Shown here: positions 63,900 through 64,000 of the stretch, one piece after another | How the letters are laid out: every line of letters begins with the position of its first letter | How positions within the stretch are numbered: the first letter of the stretch is position 1 | From: Balanoglossus misakiensis | Taxonomy: Eukaryota; Animalia; Hemichordata | Assembly: GCA_040954595.2 (NCBI GenBank) | Contig: CM082588.2 | Span: 7,279,947 to 7,343,946 of the forward strand | Length of the DNA stretch: 64,000 nt | Reading direction: 5' to 3' | The notes under the pieces: generated by a model | What the model was told of the DNA's origin: nothing | What the model saw: only the letters and a program-made list of their open reading frames with translations | The model's database searches: none | Program-made: the position numbers and the translations under genes

Positions 63900-64000
63900 T
63901 GTACAGATATAAAGAAATGATCAGAATGAGTTGTCTTTGAAACCCAGATATAACATCAGAAATTAACACTAACCTTATTCAGGTGGCCTTTCAAATGACT

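Overview
Eukaryotic, AT-rich, intron-containing animal DNA (invertebrate-like; the taxon cannot be fixed from sequence alone). Genes rebuilt by hand from GT-AG junctions with consistent phases: FAM228-like (+, 1622-11770), an uncharacterised single-coding-exon protein (+, 17387-18580), isoaspartyl peptidase/L-asparaginase ASRGL1-like (+, 20124-22009), RPS4 (-, 22594-26585, TOP start, two near-identical intronic SNORA16-like H/ACA snoRNAs), SYAP1 (+, 26980-32327, head-to-head with RPS4), a 7-finger C2H2 gene (-, 34742-36335), taxilin (+, 36471-46445, head-to-head with the C2H2 gene), a stand-alone Ulp1/C48 protease ORF (-, 49395-50288), headcase/HECA with an intronless CDS (-, 54050-55585) and the 3' exons of an unidentified Q/T-rich protein (-, 61191 to past the window end). 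Introns and spacers carry several MITE families (piggyBac-like, Tc1/mariner-like, pogo-like, Kolobok-like). I found no prokaryotic systems, CRISPR arrays, tRNAs or rRNAs, and nothing I can prove is a new system. The best leads are the SYAP1-taxilin-HECA order matching two human paralogous regions, an array of phase-0 mini-exons with a repeated SEI motif at the taxilin N-terminus, the orphan Ulp1 protease, the duplicated snoRNA and a minisatellite derived from a zinc-finger helix.
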